DNA of 64,000 nucleotides from the human T2T-CHM13v2.0 reference genome, Homo sapiens: NCBI RefSeq assembly GCF_009914755.1, contig NC_060926.1; one strand, written 5' to 3'. The translations under genes and the position numbers were made by a program. The notes under the pieces are model-generated. The model did not search any database, was not told the origin of the DNA, and saw only the letters and a list, made by a program, of their open reading frames with translations. This document shows positions 36,697 through 50,563 of the stretch, piece by piece. Numbering within the stretch: position 1 is the first letter of the stretch; each line of letters begins with the position of its first letter.

Positions 36697-37856
36697 TAAC
36701 AGCAGCAGAGGCTGCCACAGTAAGATGGGAAGTCAGCCTGTGAAGGGATAAGGCGGGCCACTCTTGAATTGGAAGAGAAGTATGTGCTCATGTAGTTTTA
36801 TTCCTTTGGTAGCTTCCTGGACATTGCATTCTTCTTGGGCTGACGCTGGAAAGCAGGAGTAGAATGCTGGTTATTCACTGAGAGAAGAAGAGTTGAGTTT
36901 GGATGGGAGTAGCTAGAAGGGGCTTTAGTAGTTCATCTAGAGAAGGAATTTGCTAGATTGAGACTGAAGAGTCTTCTTTACTTTAAGTGATTGATTTCAT
37001 TTAGGACTCCTTGTGGGTTTTTTGTAAAAAGCCATTAACCATTTCCCCTGCCCTGATCTCCATATCAGCCTTTATATATATTCATTGTCTCTCAACAGCC
37101 CCAATTTTTTTATTTAACAGATGGGGAACAGAGGCTCTGAGCGGTTAACAAAGCTTTCTTTCTGTGGAAACCTAGTAAATGGCAAAGCTGGAATATGAAA
37201 CTGCAAAGCCTATGTGCTTAACTAGTAAACCCAACCACCTGGGACCACCATATCTTACTGTGCAGTTTGTTGCTGTGTGAGGGGATCAGAACATCTAAGA
37301 ACTGCCATTCACGTTGAGGACAACATAGGGATTTATATATTAATACATGCTGGTGTAATACAGGCCGGTGTTCTGTTAAAATTAGTATATTAGGACAGTT
37401 TGCCATACCATAGGGGAAAAGCCACTTTATTCTAATTCACCCAAAGGTACTGTAAGTGCTGATGGCTCTGGGTCTGTCTTTCTGTCAAGTTGCCAAGTCA
37501 CATAAGTAATGAATCCGCAGCTGGAGGAGCTGCTGCTGGAGGACAGGCATGTTTTCAGACAGGAGCATGGCCTTTAGCTCATGACCATAAGAGGGCGCTA
37601 CAGCAAAGAGTACTAAATACCAATCAAAGTGAGCTCAGAGTACAAGAGGGTAACTTGCTTTTCTCCGAAGTGAAAGAGAAGACATAGTCCTCAAACACTT
37701 GCCCTGTGCCCTGTCCCTGAACTCTCCATGGAGGAATTTTTTCTGTTGTTTAGTGTTAGCAGAATTTAGGAAGGGCTTGTAATAAGGAAGGTTGAGGGTT
37801 GGGTGGGGTCACACTGTGTTGTGTGAGGATCATTTTCATGTTAATGAAATGTTTAG

Positions 37857-38093
<237 letters not shown>

Positions 38094-39607
38094 TGAGAGT
38101 CGCCGTGCTTCATGGCTGCCAGAGTGGGTTTGCATTTACTTCCACTCTGGGGTTTGGTTTTCTTATACAGCTGCTGTGATTAGTTGGTTCTGTCTTCTGC
38201 CATTTTAAATCCCCAATAAAGTGAAAAACCAGTTTGGCACGTGTCTCGGTTAGGCTGAATTCTTTGGCAACTGTGGCCAGCCACCAGCTTCCCTGTGGTT
38301 AACAGTACATCTGAGCATTGAAGGATAAGGAGCTTTTGCTTTTATAACCAGGCACTTACTGTTCCCTAAGACTTAAAGAGAGCTAGTCACATTTCACAGT
38401 TTAAGGGAGGCTTTGAAAAATAGTTTCCCCATCTTTTCAGCTTATCCCGACCCAGGAGATGCTATTCTTTGCTCATGAATTATCTGGAGATGGGTCAAGT
38501 GAGTCATCCTGGAGCTGGATGGAGACAAACAGGAAATGTTTGGGTGGGGCCTGGGACCCTGTCCTCCCCTGACTCTCCCAGCAGATGCTCCAGCTGTCTC
38601 AGAACCATCTAGTTCCAAATGTCTCTACCCTGTAGGATACATGTATCTCCCTACAGAGTGGAGCTAAGCTCAGAATTTCTCCTCACACTTGGAAGTAGGC
38701 AGAAAAATTATTTTATCTTGTAAAAAGTGGTTAGAATGCTTGTTTACTGATTTGTGCTGTTGCTTTGGGATCTGAAAAGCTTTGGTCTTCCATTTATTTG
38801 TATGTTTCATGCCAGTTGGACTAGGCCCAGGGCTCCAGAGGAGAGAGTGTCAGATGGTTTGATTTATTAAGCTCTGCTGCTGCGCAGTGCAGGCAGGCTC
38901 TTTGGGTCCTGGAACACTTTACATTTTGTAGGACAATGCACCGGCAGCCTGGCTCCTTGGCTGCTTTCCCCTTTGTACTCCCTTCATGCAGCTTCAGAGA
39001 GCTGGGATATTAGCGAACGGCCCCTACCCTGTGTTACACAACAGTACCCTCGTCCTCTCCGCAGCCACAGAGTGAACCTGTGACCCTTCCAAGCCTGGGG
39101 ACCTCCCAGTGTCACACTAATAGGGCTTCTTAATTCTGAGACATACAGTAGAAGAAAAGTTGAAGGACATTTTCTGTTTGCCTATTCTGAAACTCTGGAA
39201 CATGTGAATGTAGGGGATACAAGCTCAGTAGCAGAATTTCAAAAGGGCTCATTGTGTTCAAAAGCTTTCTCCTGAACTCAGTTTAGACCAGTAAGTGATC
39301 AGGCATCCACAAGTGATTTTTGCCACAATAAACCCAAATGTTATGTTTGGGGCTTTTTAAAATCCTTCCATTGGATTGAAGCACAGGCTCCCTGTGTGTA
39401 TCATTGGCGCGATTATATGGCTTCTTGATCTCCAGGGGTCTGTTGCTGGGCCTGGGCGGGTCCCCAGGCTTGGTGGTGACATATGTAGGTTGACGCTTCT
39501 GTTGTGACTCCTGTGGTCTACTTCTGTCCTGCATGGGATATGGGAGTTGGGGGATTTTTATTTCTCTGTAATTAAGTGGTGACTAACTTTCTTCCTTGAA
39601 ATTACAG

Positions 39608-39650
39608 ACTAAATGATGGCAATGAGTACCTCTTCCAAGCCAAAGACGAT
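39608..39650 (+). CDS. SPTBN1: long-isoform exon 23 (43 nt, PH domain)
   Basis: ttacag|ACTAAAT...GACGAT|gtaagt; (R)LNDGNEYLFQAKDD; branch point GACTAAC at 39581-39587. Confidence 0.95.
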
Positions 39651-40354
39651 GTAAGTTTCTAAATGTTATTTCTCTCCACTACTTAGGAGTTTGCAAGTGT
39701 TTGTGTGATGATGGGCTTTATTCAGAAAGTTCTTCATGTAAATGATGATCAGTGATGGTTTCTATCACTGGGCTCCAGTCACCAGCACTAGAAGGTGTTT
39801 GGTTCTGTCTCTAGAAGGCAGTGAATATGATCTCACTGTCCCTTTGCCGAGGCAGGATCCCTTAAAGTCGATGGAATCTTTGCCTGTCCCCTCCCAGGGA
39901 TGAGGCATAGTGAGGTGGTCCCAGGACTGGTTGTGGATCATGATGGGACCCCCGCTGCACCCTTCGCCAGCAGCCAGCTGTTTAATGGGTGTGTACCTCA
40001 CCTCAAGGAAAGAGAGAGTCCATTGATGGAAAAACAACACCTGTAATGCTTTAAATGTGAAAAAGCACCTTCTAGGGTGGGATCTGACCACCTCACAGAT
40101 TGAGACTGGTCTTCCAGCTGTTACAAGTTTGTAGGGCCACATACTAGGGTGATGAGTAGAACTGAATTCTCATGAGAAGCTGAACCAGGTTCCCTCTCCT
40201 GTACTGATAAGGCAGAGGTGCATTTGGGGACAGTGCCCAGAAGTGACTCTGCTTACCCCTCAGTTGGCCAGATGCGCCATTCCCAAGCCTTGGAGCCAGA
40301 ACCCCTCATGCCTACTCTTAGTTGAGTCTCACCTGTGTCCCTTCCTCTGTCCAG

Positions 40355-40573
40355 GAGGAAATGAACACATGGATCCAGGCTATCTCTTCCGCCATCTCCT
40401 CTGATAAACACGAGGTGTCTGCCAGCACCCAGAGCACGCCAGCATCCAGCCGCGCGCAGACCCTCCCCACCAGCGTCGTCACCATCACCAGCGAGTCCAG
40501 TCCCGGCAAGCGGGAAAAGGACAAAGAGAAAGACAAAGAGAAGCGGTTCAGCCTTTTTGGCAAAAAGAAATGA
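40355..40573 (+). CDS. SPTBN1: long-isoform terminal coding exon 24 (PH C-terminal helix and basic tail)
   Basis: gtccag|GAGGAAATG...AAGAAATGA; EEMNTWIQAISSAIS...KRFSLFGKKK*. Confidence 0.97.
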   Translation, partial: EEMNTWIQAISSAISSDKHEVSASTQSTPASSRAQTLPTSVVTITSESSPGKREKDKEKDKEKRFSLFGKKK

Positions 40574-41661
40574 ACTCCTTTCCTTCACCTCCTGCCCTTC
40601 TCTTACCTTTTCAGTGAAATTCCAGCATGCAAGCTCAGAACCAACACATTACTCTCTGTGCCTAATGTTCCTCAATGTGGTTGATTTTTTTTTTTTTTTA
40701 ATTTATAGAGCATTTCGGGGGGGGTGGGGGAAACACACCTAAACACTTTATCTCCAAGTTACAAAAGTTTGAGGTGCAGAGGGAAGGCCAGATTTTTTTT
40801 TTTAATGAAATTATATAGATTAGATCTCAGTATTTAAACTGTTCCTCAATTTTGTGAGGCTGTGTTGGAAATAACCCGCCTCTAGTGCTGTTGGTATGCA
40901 AGGCAGCGGTGCTTAATCAATATTTCCTGTGCTCACCAGAGGCAAAATGTACCAATATCCTGACACCATTCTCTCTCCATTTACTTCTGGTGGTTACCCT
41001 GACTCTTGACTCTTAGAAGTGCCCGAGATGGGGCTAACCTTTATTAAACAGATCGCATATTATGATCTTGCTGCAGCCACAGTGCAGCTCCACATTAACT
41101 CTACAGACCAAACCATTTGTATCTGGCATCACTTACTAACACACGACATGCGGCTTTTCTGCATCAACTGCTATGACGGTTAAGAATGTCAGTATACAAG
41201 AAGGAATAGAAAACTGATACTGTTTTAAATAATCTGTAATTTCAATTTTTTTTTTTTTGCTGAAATACATTATATTGTACGTTTGAGATAATTCTAGTAC
41301 AAAGTATAATAAAACTAGATGTATAATAAACCCTTTAAATCATTGGTAAGTGTACAAGTGGTGGAACTGAAGCATTTACTGGACAAAGTAATGTTACTCT
41401 AATGGTTACTTGCTCGTGCGTTGCCACACTGTGTTATAATTTGCTTCATTTCCTTGCTATTTGATACATAGTGTGCATTTCTCTGTCACTGTAACTATTG
41501 TAATGACAAATTTTCATCTTACTGCACAATCAAAATGACATTGATAGGAATGAACTCCAGAGGCTGGGCCTGAACAGGGAGGTGGTCGCTCAGGCCTGGT
41601 GCTCAGTCGTACGACCTGTACCTCTCAACTTTTGCCCTATCTGTTAAATATATGCTATGTC

Positions 41662-41667
41662 ATTAAA
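41662..41667 (+). terminator. poly(A) signal ATTAAA (proximal, long isoform)
   Basis: TGTA upstream (41617) and GU-rich GTTGTTGTTCTT about 30 nt downstream. Confidence 0.6.
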
Positions 41668-41941
41668 TGCTTTTAAATCTAGCACGGTGACTAGTTGTTG
41701 TTCTTCCTCTGCTGCGTGTGCATGCCCAGTAGGGAAACTGCAAAGGGAGAAATGACAAACAAGAAACATTTTACAACCAGTCTGGGCTCACTTTTGCATT
41801 TTTTATGCATGTCTGGTGCACAAGCTTTGAAAACTACAGCAAACAGTAATAAATGTGACTGTTTTGTAGTTATACATTCAGGCTTTATCTTTTATTTATG
41901 AAAAAGTTACCAGAGCACTTGTGAAACCTGAACTCTGAGAT

Positions 41942-42277
41942 AGGGGTTGGCAAATTTGTTCTGTAAAGGGACAGAGATAGTAAATATTTTAGGCTTTGTA
42001 GGCCGTAACTGTCTCTGTTGCTCAATTCTGCTGTTGCGTAATACAAAGGCAGCCATTGACGGTATGTGAATGCCTGGGCATGGCTGTGTTCCAGTAAAAC
42101 TATTTAAGGACATAAATTTGAATTTCATATAACTTTGACATGCCATACAATATTTTGATTTTCTTAATGATTTCAAAATGTAAAGTCTATTTTATACAGA
42201 TCAGACCAAAAAGAAGAAAAAAAAAAAACAGGCAAGAGGTTAGGTTTGGCCCATGGGCCATAGTTTGCTGACTTCAG
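41942..42277 (+). mobile_element. MER58B-like hAT-Charlie element inside the extended 3'UTR
   Basis: AGGGGTTGGCAAA...GTAAAGGGACAGAGATAGTAAATATTTTAGGCTTTG...GGCCATAGTTTGCTGAC (terminal inverted repeats). Confidence 0.75.
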
Positions 42278-43430
42278 CATAGAGTCGTGGGTTATTTACA
42301 AGTGACATACTTTTCCTGGGTTATCTGGGTATGTTGACTCCATGCCACTTGCATAAAGCAGCAATGGATATTAGTATTATGGATGTCCAGTAAGTTATTC
42401 CACAAAGACCATGCCTAAGGTGGCATCAGCCCTGGGCTCCACAGCTGCGTGGCATCAAAGCTTTCTCTTAACTCTCTTACCTCTAGGCAAACTGAGACCT
42501 CACCATCCTCTCCCCTGCTTCCCACGACAGTCCTTTGCCCTTGCCATGCTCAGGGTTGGAATCAAGTTGTTCTATTCTCAACAGACCAAAATGTTTAGTT
42601 AAGGCAAAGTATCTTGGAAACAATTGTGATTAATTACAGTCTTGTACTCTTGACAAAGCTGTGCAGATGGCAATAAGTTCATACCAGCAATCCTGGAGTC
42701 CCATAATAAATACGTACATGTGGAACATCGTGCACATAATTTCAACAGTTCGCAGATCTGTAGTTATGAAGCCAGGGTTTGGTGGTATTTGCTCTCTCTT
42801 GGTGCATTTGATAAGGATCCACTGAGGCCTGAATGTGGAAGATGATGGGCAGCGAGAGGAGCGTCAGAAGACCCCAGTCAAGACGTGTTCGCCATCAGAG
42901 GTTACAGGCCGCACAGCCTGATGAGCTTCAAGCCTGGCAGGGTAAATAGTTTTTGGGTTTTTTGTTTTTTTTTTATTCTTCCACTATCATGTTTTTTGAG
43001 GATTTTGCATATTTCTTGTTGCCATAATGCTGTGCTATTTTACCCTGATTTTCAGTGATACAATATGGGTGACAATACTGGCCCCTCCATAAATCTGAAG
43101 AGTAAGAAGTAGTGAAAATAAGGCTTAGGATATGAAATGGCGTTGTCACTTGAATCAAGGCCACTTTTTGTCCTACTTGAGCATCTCAAGTTGGGATGCA
43201 TCTTCTGATGGCACTTCCGGAACTGGCTGTGGTTTTTTTGGGTGTACCGAGAGTGCCAGTGACTGTGCTTCTTACAATTCCTGGCATCTTGAGTAGGTGA
43301 AACACTGTATCAGACTGGGTGATGGGCACATTGTCATTTCACCAAGTTCCTGGAACTGTTAGAATTGCTTGTGTATGGGGATCCTATGTTAGTTCCCCTG
43401 GATACATTGTTTTATCAGTCGGAATTCTTA

Positions 43431-43436
43431 AATAAA
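43431..43436 (+). terminator. poly(A) signal AATAAA (distal, long isoform)
   Basis: Last AATAAA before repeat-rich DNA; upstream TGTA, downstream TGTAGTGGTG. Confidence 0.6.
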
Positions 43437-43890
43437 GACATACTTCCCTTCATGTAGTGGTGCAGTCCATGTAGAAAAGGCAGGATCAATGCTGGAGTCT
43501 TTCCCATTATTTGCATTACTTTCCTATAATCAGCGTTATTTATGAGTTGGTTCCTATCCTCTAAAGATGAACAATTTTTTAAATATTATGAATTTATGGG
43601 CTTAAATATATTTGAGTTTTCTGGTGAAATCCTCGTTTTTTGGTGAATATGTTTTATAATTTTGAATTGACCTTTCTAAACATGGTCCATAACACAAAAA
43701 CATATTTTAACAAAGAAGAAAAAAGACTTCTTTCCATCAAAGCTCAATAGAGATTTCTGTCTATTGAAGATCATGGTGAAATATTTCATTTTCCACTAGA
43801 ATAGTTTAAAATTATTCATTTGCTTTATTCCATGTTATAAAAACTCAGAATAGCAATACTAATACTACCACCACCAATAACTGAGAACAG

Positions 43891-44560
43891 TTTTTTTTTT
43901 TTTTTAACTCTTTATTTTGCAATACTTGTATACTGACATGCAGTTGTAAGAAATAATACAGTGCTGTTTACGCAGTTTCCCCCAGTGGTAGCTTGCAACA
44001 CTATATAGTATAGTATCACATACAGAATATTGACATTCAGTCAAGATACAGAACATTCCTGCCACCACAAGGGTACCTCCTGTTGCCCTTTTATAACCAC
44101 ACCCACTTCCCACCTCCACTCCCTCCCCAACCTCTGGCAGTCACCAGTCTGTTCTTTATTGCTGGAAACCTGTCGTTTTCTTCCCCTAACAAATATTTAT
44201 TGAGCACCTACAATGTGCTGAGTTTTGGGGATCCACTGAAATTTCTTATCTCAAGAATGTTGTATAAAAGGAATAATGTAGGATGTAACCTTTCAGGATT
44301 GACTTTTTTCTCTGACGTAATTCTCTGAAGATTTATCCAAGTAATATTGTGTATATCAATAGTGCATTCCTTTGTGTTGCTGAATAATATTCTGTGGTAT
44401 GGATGTACCACAGTTTTTTAGCCATTCACTTACGGACATCTGGGTTGTTTCCAGTTTGGGCTATTGGGAGTAGAACTATATTAAACATTTATGTTTGGGG
44501 TTTCCTATGAACATAAATCTTCATTAATCTGGGATAAAGAAATACCCAGGAGTGCTGAGA
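43891..44560 (-). mobile_element. L1MC-type 3' fragment
   Basis: Poly-T followed by CATGCAGTTGTAAGAAATAATACAG...CAAGATACAGAACATTCC...GGATGTACCACAGTTT. Confidence 0.7.
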
Positions 44561-44771
44561 AGAATTTTGAAAAACACTTATTCTACATGGTCTTTCCATT
44601 CTCCCCTTCAGCCCCATTTTTAGGTAGTTTCACCTCATCTGCAGTGTCTGAGCAAGTAACTCTTACTCTCTGCCTCTGAGCCCTCATTCAGTCTTCTACA
44701 AATCTTCATATATTTAACCAGCCTTATGTCATTGTCTCCCATTTTGGCTGAAGCTCGTTCCCTTGGTATGC

Positions 44772-44774
<3 letters not shown>

Positions 44775-44802
<28 letters not shown>
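44775..44802. repeat. (GT)n microsatellite
   Basis: Read directly from the sequence. Confidence 0.95.
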
Positions 44803-45063
44803 CTTTCTTGAACCCGCCTCCCAGTTCTCTGGATCAAGTACTTGAAGTGCTCTTTTTTACTTTTCAGAACTGAATAAAGATTTCCCTCGGGGAGAAATAA
44901 ACGTGAGCTTCAAAGTTTTTCAAGGTTTAGACCCAACTTAAAGAACACAGGCCACCCTAGAAAAACGAGTTTTTCAACTTGTAGAAGGAAAATTCAACTG
45001 GCCTGCCTGTGAGAAAGAATGTTATATCCTATTTGAGCTTTGAATGTTTTTTTGTTTTTTGTG

Positions 45064-45065
<2 letters not shown>

Positions 45066-45096
<31 letters not shown>
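45066..45096. repeat. (GT)n microsatellite
   Basis: Read directly from the sequence. Confidence 0.95.
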
Positions 45097-45100
<4 letters not shown>

Positions 45101-46150
45101 GTCAGCCTTAAAAGCAGCATTTCAGAAAACAGAAGTGAAAGGTCCTGCTTGTTCCCTTTCATGTAAATAGGGATCACGATGTGTGAGTAGCTGACGCTTC
45201 TCTTCCATGCGGTTCAGGGCATTTTCACTCAAGTTTTGAAGAAGCTTCACCAATCCCTCATACTCGTGAACTGGGCTGATTTGGGAGAGTGATAGTGGGT
45301 GATAGAATTACTGAGTAGAATTCAAGTTTTTCCAAGGTAATGCCTCATTTTGACTCTTCTGTGCAGGGGAGCTTGGAAGACCTGCTTCCTCAGGGATGCC
45401 CGGGTTTTCTACGGCCCCTGGCGTTAATTGCCTGACCTGTGTTTTCAGTGTTCCTTTCAACCTGGTGTAACTTATCAGGGTTGGTTTTTCTTATGGTCAG
45501 GGCCGAGTCACAGCAGGAAGAGGACACATAGGCATAGGACTCTGTAACTGAAACTCAGAGAAGCTGGCAGGAGCTCCCTTCACTCCCTTACCCGGCACCC
45601 ACAAGGCCTGTGGCTTCCCCGTGGTGAGCCTGGGCTCTGTGCGTTCTTGCCTCAGCACAGACATCCTGGAGGGCGGCCATGCTGGGGCCCGCAGGGGCGT
45701 GTGGCTTGCGTATGTTTCCACTTGGCCTTGACTTGTCTTTTCGGATATTTATCACACGGTGGAGACCCATTGTGTCCGGGAGTGGAAATCAGGGAGGCAG
45801 GACGTTAGTGGTGTTTCCTGAAACTGGTTCTTTAAAGGGAAGGGGAATTTCCCTTACATAAGCCCGCAGCGACTTTCTCCACAGGGTGGGGCATCCTGTG
45901 TTCTGGAGTCTGGGCGCTGGGCGGGAACCTGGGAGCTTTCTCCAGTGGAGCTGAGGCCAAGTCTTGGCTCACAACATTTCTCCCGGGGAATCTGCTCCAT
46001 CTTCGGTCATCATTTACGTTTCTCCGTCACAGTGAATTATTTCCAGTGTTCCTGTTCCTCAAGTTTTGTTTTTTTTCGGAGGAAACAGTCGCTCAAGGTT
46101 TTAATCTTCCATCTTAGGGGAATGTCCACAGCCCTAATTAAAATGGCCGT

Positions 46151-46524
<374 letters not shown>

Positions 46525-47914
46525 TTACACGGGTCTGTCATCTCCCCACTTGGATTTGAGGACTCTTGTCTTTCCTGGGGACACATGATTGGATTACTTC
46601 ATCCAGCTTGCTCAGCCTCTGCTCTTCTGAGGAAAGAAGGTAGGCTCTGAAGCCAGATTGAATGGTGGCTCCTTCACCTCCCAGCCCCGTGACAAGTAAA
46701 AAAAGACTCCCTTATCCCCTCTGCAAAGCACCCACCACGCACCAGCCATGCTGGGAAGCAGCCCTTGTGGCGCTTACAAATGTGAGACTCCTCTTCGTCT
46801 GCTTCATCTGAGCCTTGGCCTCTAGAGGAGATTAAATGAACTGATGAACGCCACACTCCATAAATCGGTTCCTTTTCTCCCATGGTAGTCTGTCAGGCAG
46901 GAGCCTCTTTTATTTTAAAGCATATTTGCTCCTGTGTTCAAGGCTGCCCCTGACTGCAGGTGTTGATAACCCCCCACCCCACCCCCGCAACACCACCTCC
47001 GTGTTTTCCCTCCGAGGTGCTTCAGTTGGGGCATACCTGGCTTCAGAGAGCAAATGTAGGTTAACAAGCAGGAAGGACCTCTAGGGGTCTAGTTCCCCTT
47101 GCTACCACCTCCCGAGCTCCCTTCTCCACCAGGCATTGGGGGGTTACTTCAGACACTGGCACAGCTCATCAGCAACAGGAGCTGATATGGGAATGCAGTA
47201 AATTTACAAATTAACCAAAAGTCAGCCTAAGAAAGTATTTTCTTTTGAAATAAGGCCCTCCAAAAGGCGCTACTTCTGTTTCTTTGAGGAGTCAGAACAT
47301 CATTTGGCTGGGAAACAATCTGTGTGGTGCACACTGTCCCTGCTGCCTGGCCCCGTGGCGGGGTTGCAGCTCCCTCATCGCTCAGCACCCTATTATTTAC
47401 AAAGTCTCCAGCTCTGACAGGGGGTAAAATTACCCAGAGAACTGATGACCCAAAAGCCAAGGGTGTCCCATGTGCCTGAGAGCTTCGCTGTAGATAGGAG
47501 GGTGACTGGGCTGGGGACACTGAGCCCGGGTCCCGGGGAAGCCATTTACTCGGGCATGAGGGTTTAAAGGAAGAGGGTGCCACTGGTGTTTGGAAAAGGT
47601 GAGAAGGCAGAATGTCTGGCTTTCCTCAGGTGGGGAAAAAATTTCAATTCCATAGGAGAAAAGTTTGCGAAGATGAACCCATCCTTATGTTCTCTTTTCA
47701 CCTGTGACACACGATTTCCATCATTTCTCTATCACAGTTGCCTCAGGAAGCGGGGAAGGAGGGGGAGCAGCGCTGTAGCTGGAACATAACCTGATGGCCC
47801 CCTCGTGTCTCAGATCATCGGGCACCAGTACTAGTGGCGGCTGTCCTTGTAGCACTTGGCGCAGAACGAAGAGGAATACCATTTCTGCTCTGGCTCTGAC
47901 ACAGCCAGCATTTG

Positions 47915-48130
47915 GCCAGGCGCCTACTGTATGCGTCAGTCAGGTGCTGCCCTTAGCACTTTCCCCATGTTAACTCGTTCCAACCTTCACAATGACCCTG
48001 TGAGGTAGAGACTTATTAGTGAGGTGTTGTTAGACCCACAACCTGAACTGTCAGCCCAGAGAAAAGAAGACTGAGCTAAGCCAGAGCTGGTAGAACCAAG
48101 ACCACAGTGCTCTGAAGCTTTAACACGGTC
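47915..48130 (-). mobile_element. MIR-like SINE; limits approximate
   Basis: GCGCCTACTGTATG...TAACTCGTTCCAACCTTCACAATGACCCTGTGAGGTAG. Confidence 0.5.
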
Positions 48131-48459
48131 TGGCTGACCCCAGGACTGACCTTCCCCCTGCCTCATCTCCATTCAGCTGCCTTGATATCTTGAGCTGAGA
48201 AGGAGGTGTGTGTTCAGGATCTCAGTGGCATCCTGCGCTGTGTAACAAGTGGATGTGTGAGTGTGAACACACTGCATAGGAAAAGGGAGAGAAGCCAGGA
48301 GCTCACGCTGGATCTGAACCTGTCAGGACAACTGATTGAAAAAAATCAGTCAGTGATTTAGGTATGGGACTCTGAACCACTGGTTTTGTTTCCACCATTT
48401 GTTTTCCTCCAAATGGAATGACTTCATCTTGCTAATATTAATAGGTAACCAACTATAAG

Positions 48460-48655
48460 GTTGTCCAGGCAGTGTGCTAAGTTTTCAAGTTGCGTTCTCA
48501 TCAAATCCTTGCAGCAATTCTACCAGGCAATGTCTTCATTGTACAAAGAAGAAAACAGAGGCTTAAAGAGTTAAGTACTTGTACAAATCGCAGCTGGATA
48601 TTTGAATTCTGACACATCTCTCCAGAGGCCACACTCTCAGACTACACTAACTGTC
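48460..48655 (-). mobile_element. MIR-like SINE; limits approximate
   Basis: CCAGGCAGTGTGCTAAG...GAAGAAAACAGAGGCTTAAAGAGTTAAGTACTTG core. Confidence 0.55.
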
Positions 48656-50221
48656 CCCCACCTAGATTCTTTTCCTGCACTTCTCTGTGGGCTGAGGAAT
48701 GATGGTCATGGAACCAGTGCCAGCTGAGAGGGCATCTCATGTGTGTAAGCTGTTGCCCCAGTCGTGGGCTTTCAGAGAAAGGACTGGATACCCAGTGTCA
48801 TGTCCACTCAACAGCCATGCAAGGCTGGGTTCTTGAAGCCACAGCTCTTCACTGACTCCTTGAGCATCCATGTGACTCTAGAGTTTAGCTATGCAAGTGC
48901 AAGCTTTGCTCTCAAATACATGTGCAATGTAATTAGAGGATAGCTGATGCCTGATTCACTGGCCTTACAAATCTGTAGCTGCCTGGATTTCAACTGTCAA
49001 TACATGCTGAAGTCCTTTTCGGATCAAATTTAAGTTCAGATAAAGAGTGTGTGGTGGGGACACAATAAATATTTGGAAGGAAGAAAAGATGGAAGGAAAG
49101 AAGTAAGGAAGGAGGAAAGGTAGGGCAGAAGGACCCTCCAAACAGCTGGGTACTCTGTAGCCTCAGAAGGTTGGCAAGATAAATCACAGCTCAGCATAAA
49201 GCCTATGTCGGTGTCTGGTGTTTAAAAAGTGGGGAGGAGAGGCTCAGCCCACAGCCTCTGTGGACAGGTTTTCTTTCATCTGCTTTCTAGCCAAAGGATG
49301 TGAAGACAAGCTACAGGAACTGATGGGCTGCAGCTGAGATAGGTCAGATTTTCACTCTAGCCCCCTGAACTGGCCACAGGGCCCCTTCGTTCCCTGACTT
49401 CCATCATTGCTCTTTCCTGTGATGTCTGACCTCCCCTGTGTCACTGCATCTGACTCTTGCTGCCTCCTCAGCACCTGCGGCCCCATCTCCTCCAAGTTCT
49501 GAACTGCACAGGCATCTTCTGAGGTACAGCCATGTTTGGGTGCCCAGCCGGCTCTTCCTGCAGGTCTTCCTGCTCTCCTGATGTCCCTCAGCTCACAACC
49601 TCTCTTTTCTAGCAGAGCATAGAAAGACAGGAGCTGACTTCTGGATGCCTGGTCATCATTTCCTTCTTTAGTTCCATTTTACAAGCCCAGGTGCTGTATG
49701 AAAAACAGGGCATGCTAACCCTGTCTTCCATCCACTAGGGCGGAGCTGACGGTTAAAACAAGGCTCTTTCCCATGCCAGCAATTAGACCTCCATTTCTCA
49801 GAAGAGGAAAGAGGGGAAGCGTGAACAGACAGAAGGGCTCATTTTCTGTTTGTCAAAGGAATAAATGGATTAAGGATCCTTGCATTTCAAGATGCATTTC
49901 AAGATTTCAGAGATGGAGTCTTGATAAGACAGTGAGAACTGACTGAGAGGGAGCTGCACCCAATCACGGGGCCACGCACCCAGGGACAGTTGCACCTATA
50001 TGGATTGTTTCCCAGCCAAATGATGTTCTGACCATTAACTCAGGCATCTGGGATTCCCCAAAGAAACAGATGAGTAGCATCACTTGGGGGACTTTATTTT
50101 TAAAAATAAAAATTCAGTTCCTTAAATAGGCATTTGGTGACCTCATGTTTTTTTAGTGAAACATGTTGGTAAGAGATGCAATATTTTGAACAGGAAAGAC
50201 AGTATGATAAAAGCATTCTTG

Positions 50222-50563
<342 letters not shown>

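Larger units (their letters stand above)
40574..43455 (+). other. SPTBN1: 3'UTR of the long isoform with tandem poly(A) sites; end approximate
   Basis: AATAAA at 41308, 41325, 41848, 42705, 43431 and ATTAAA at 41662; LINE-derived DNA starts soon after 43500. Confidence 0.7.
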
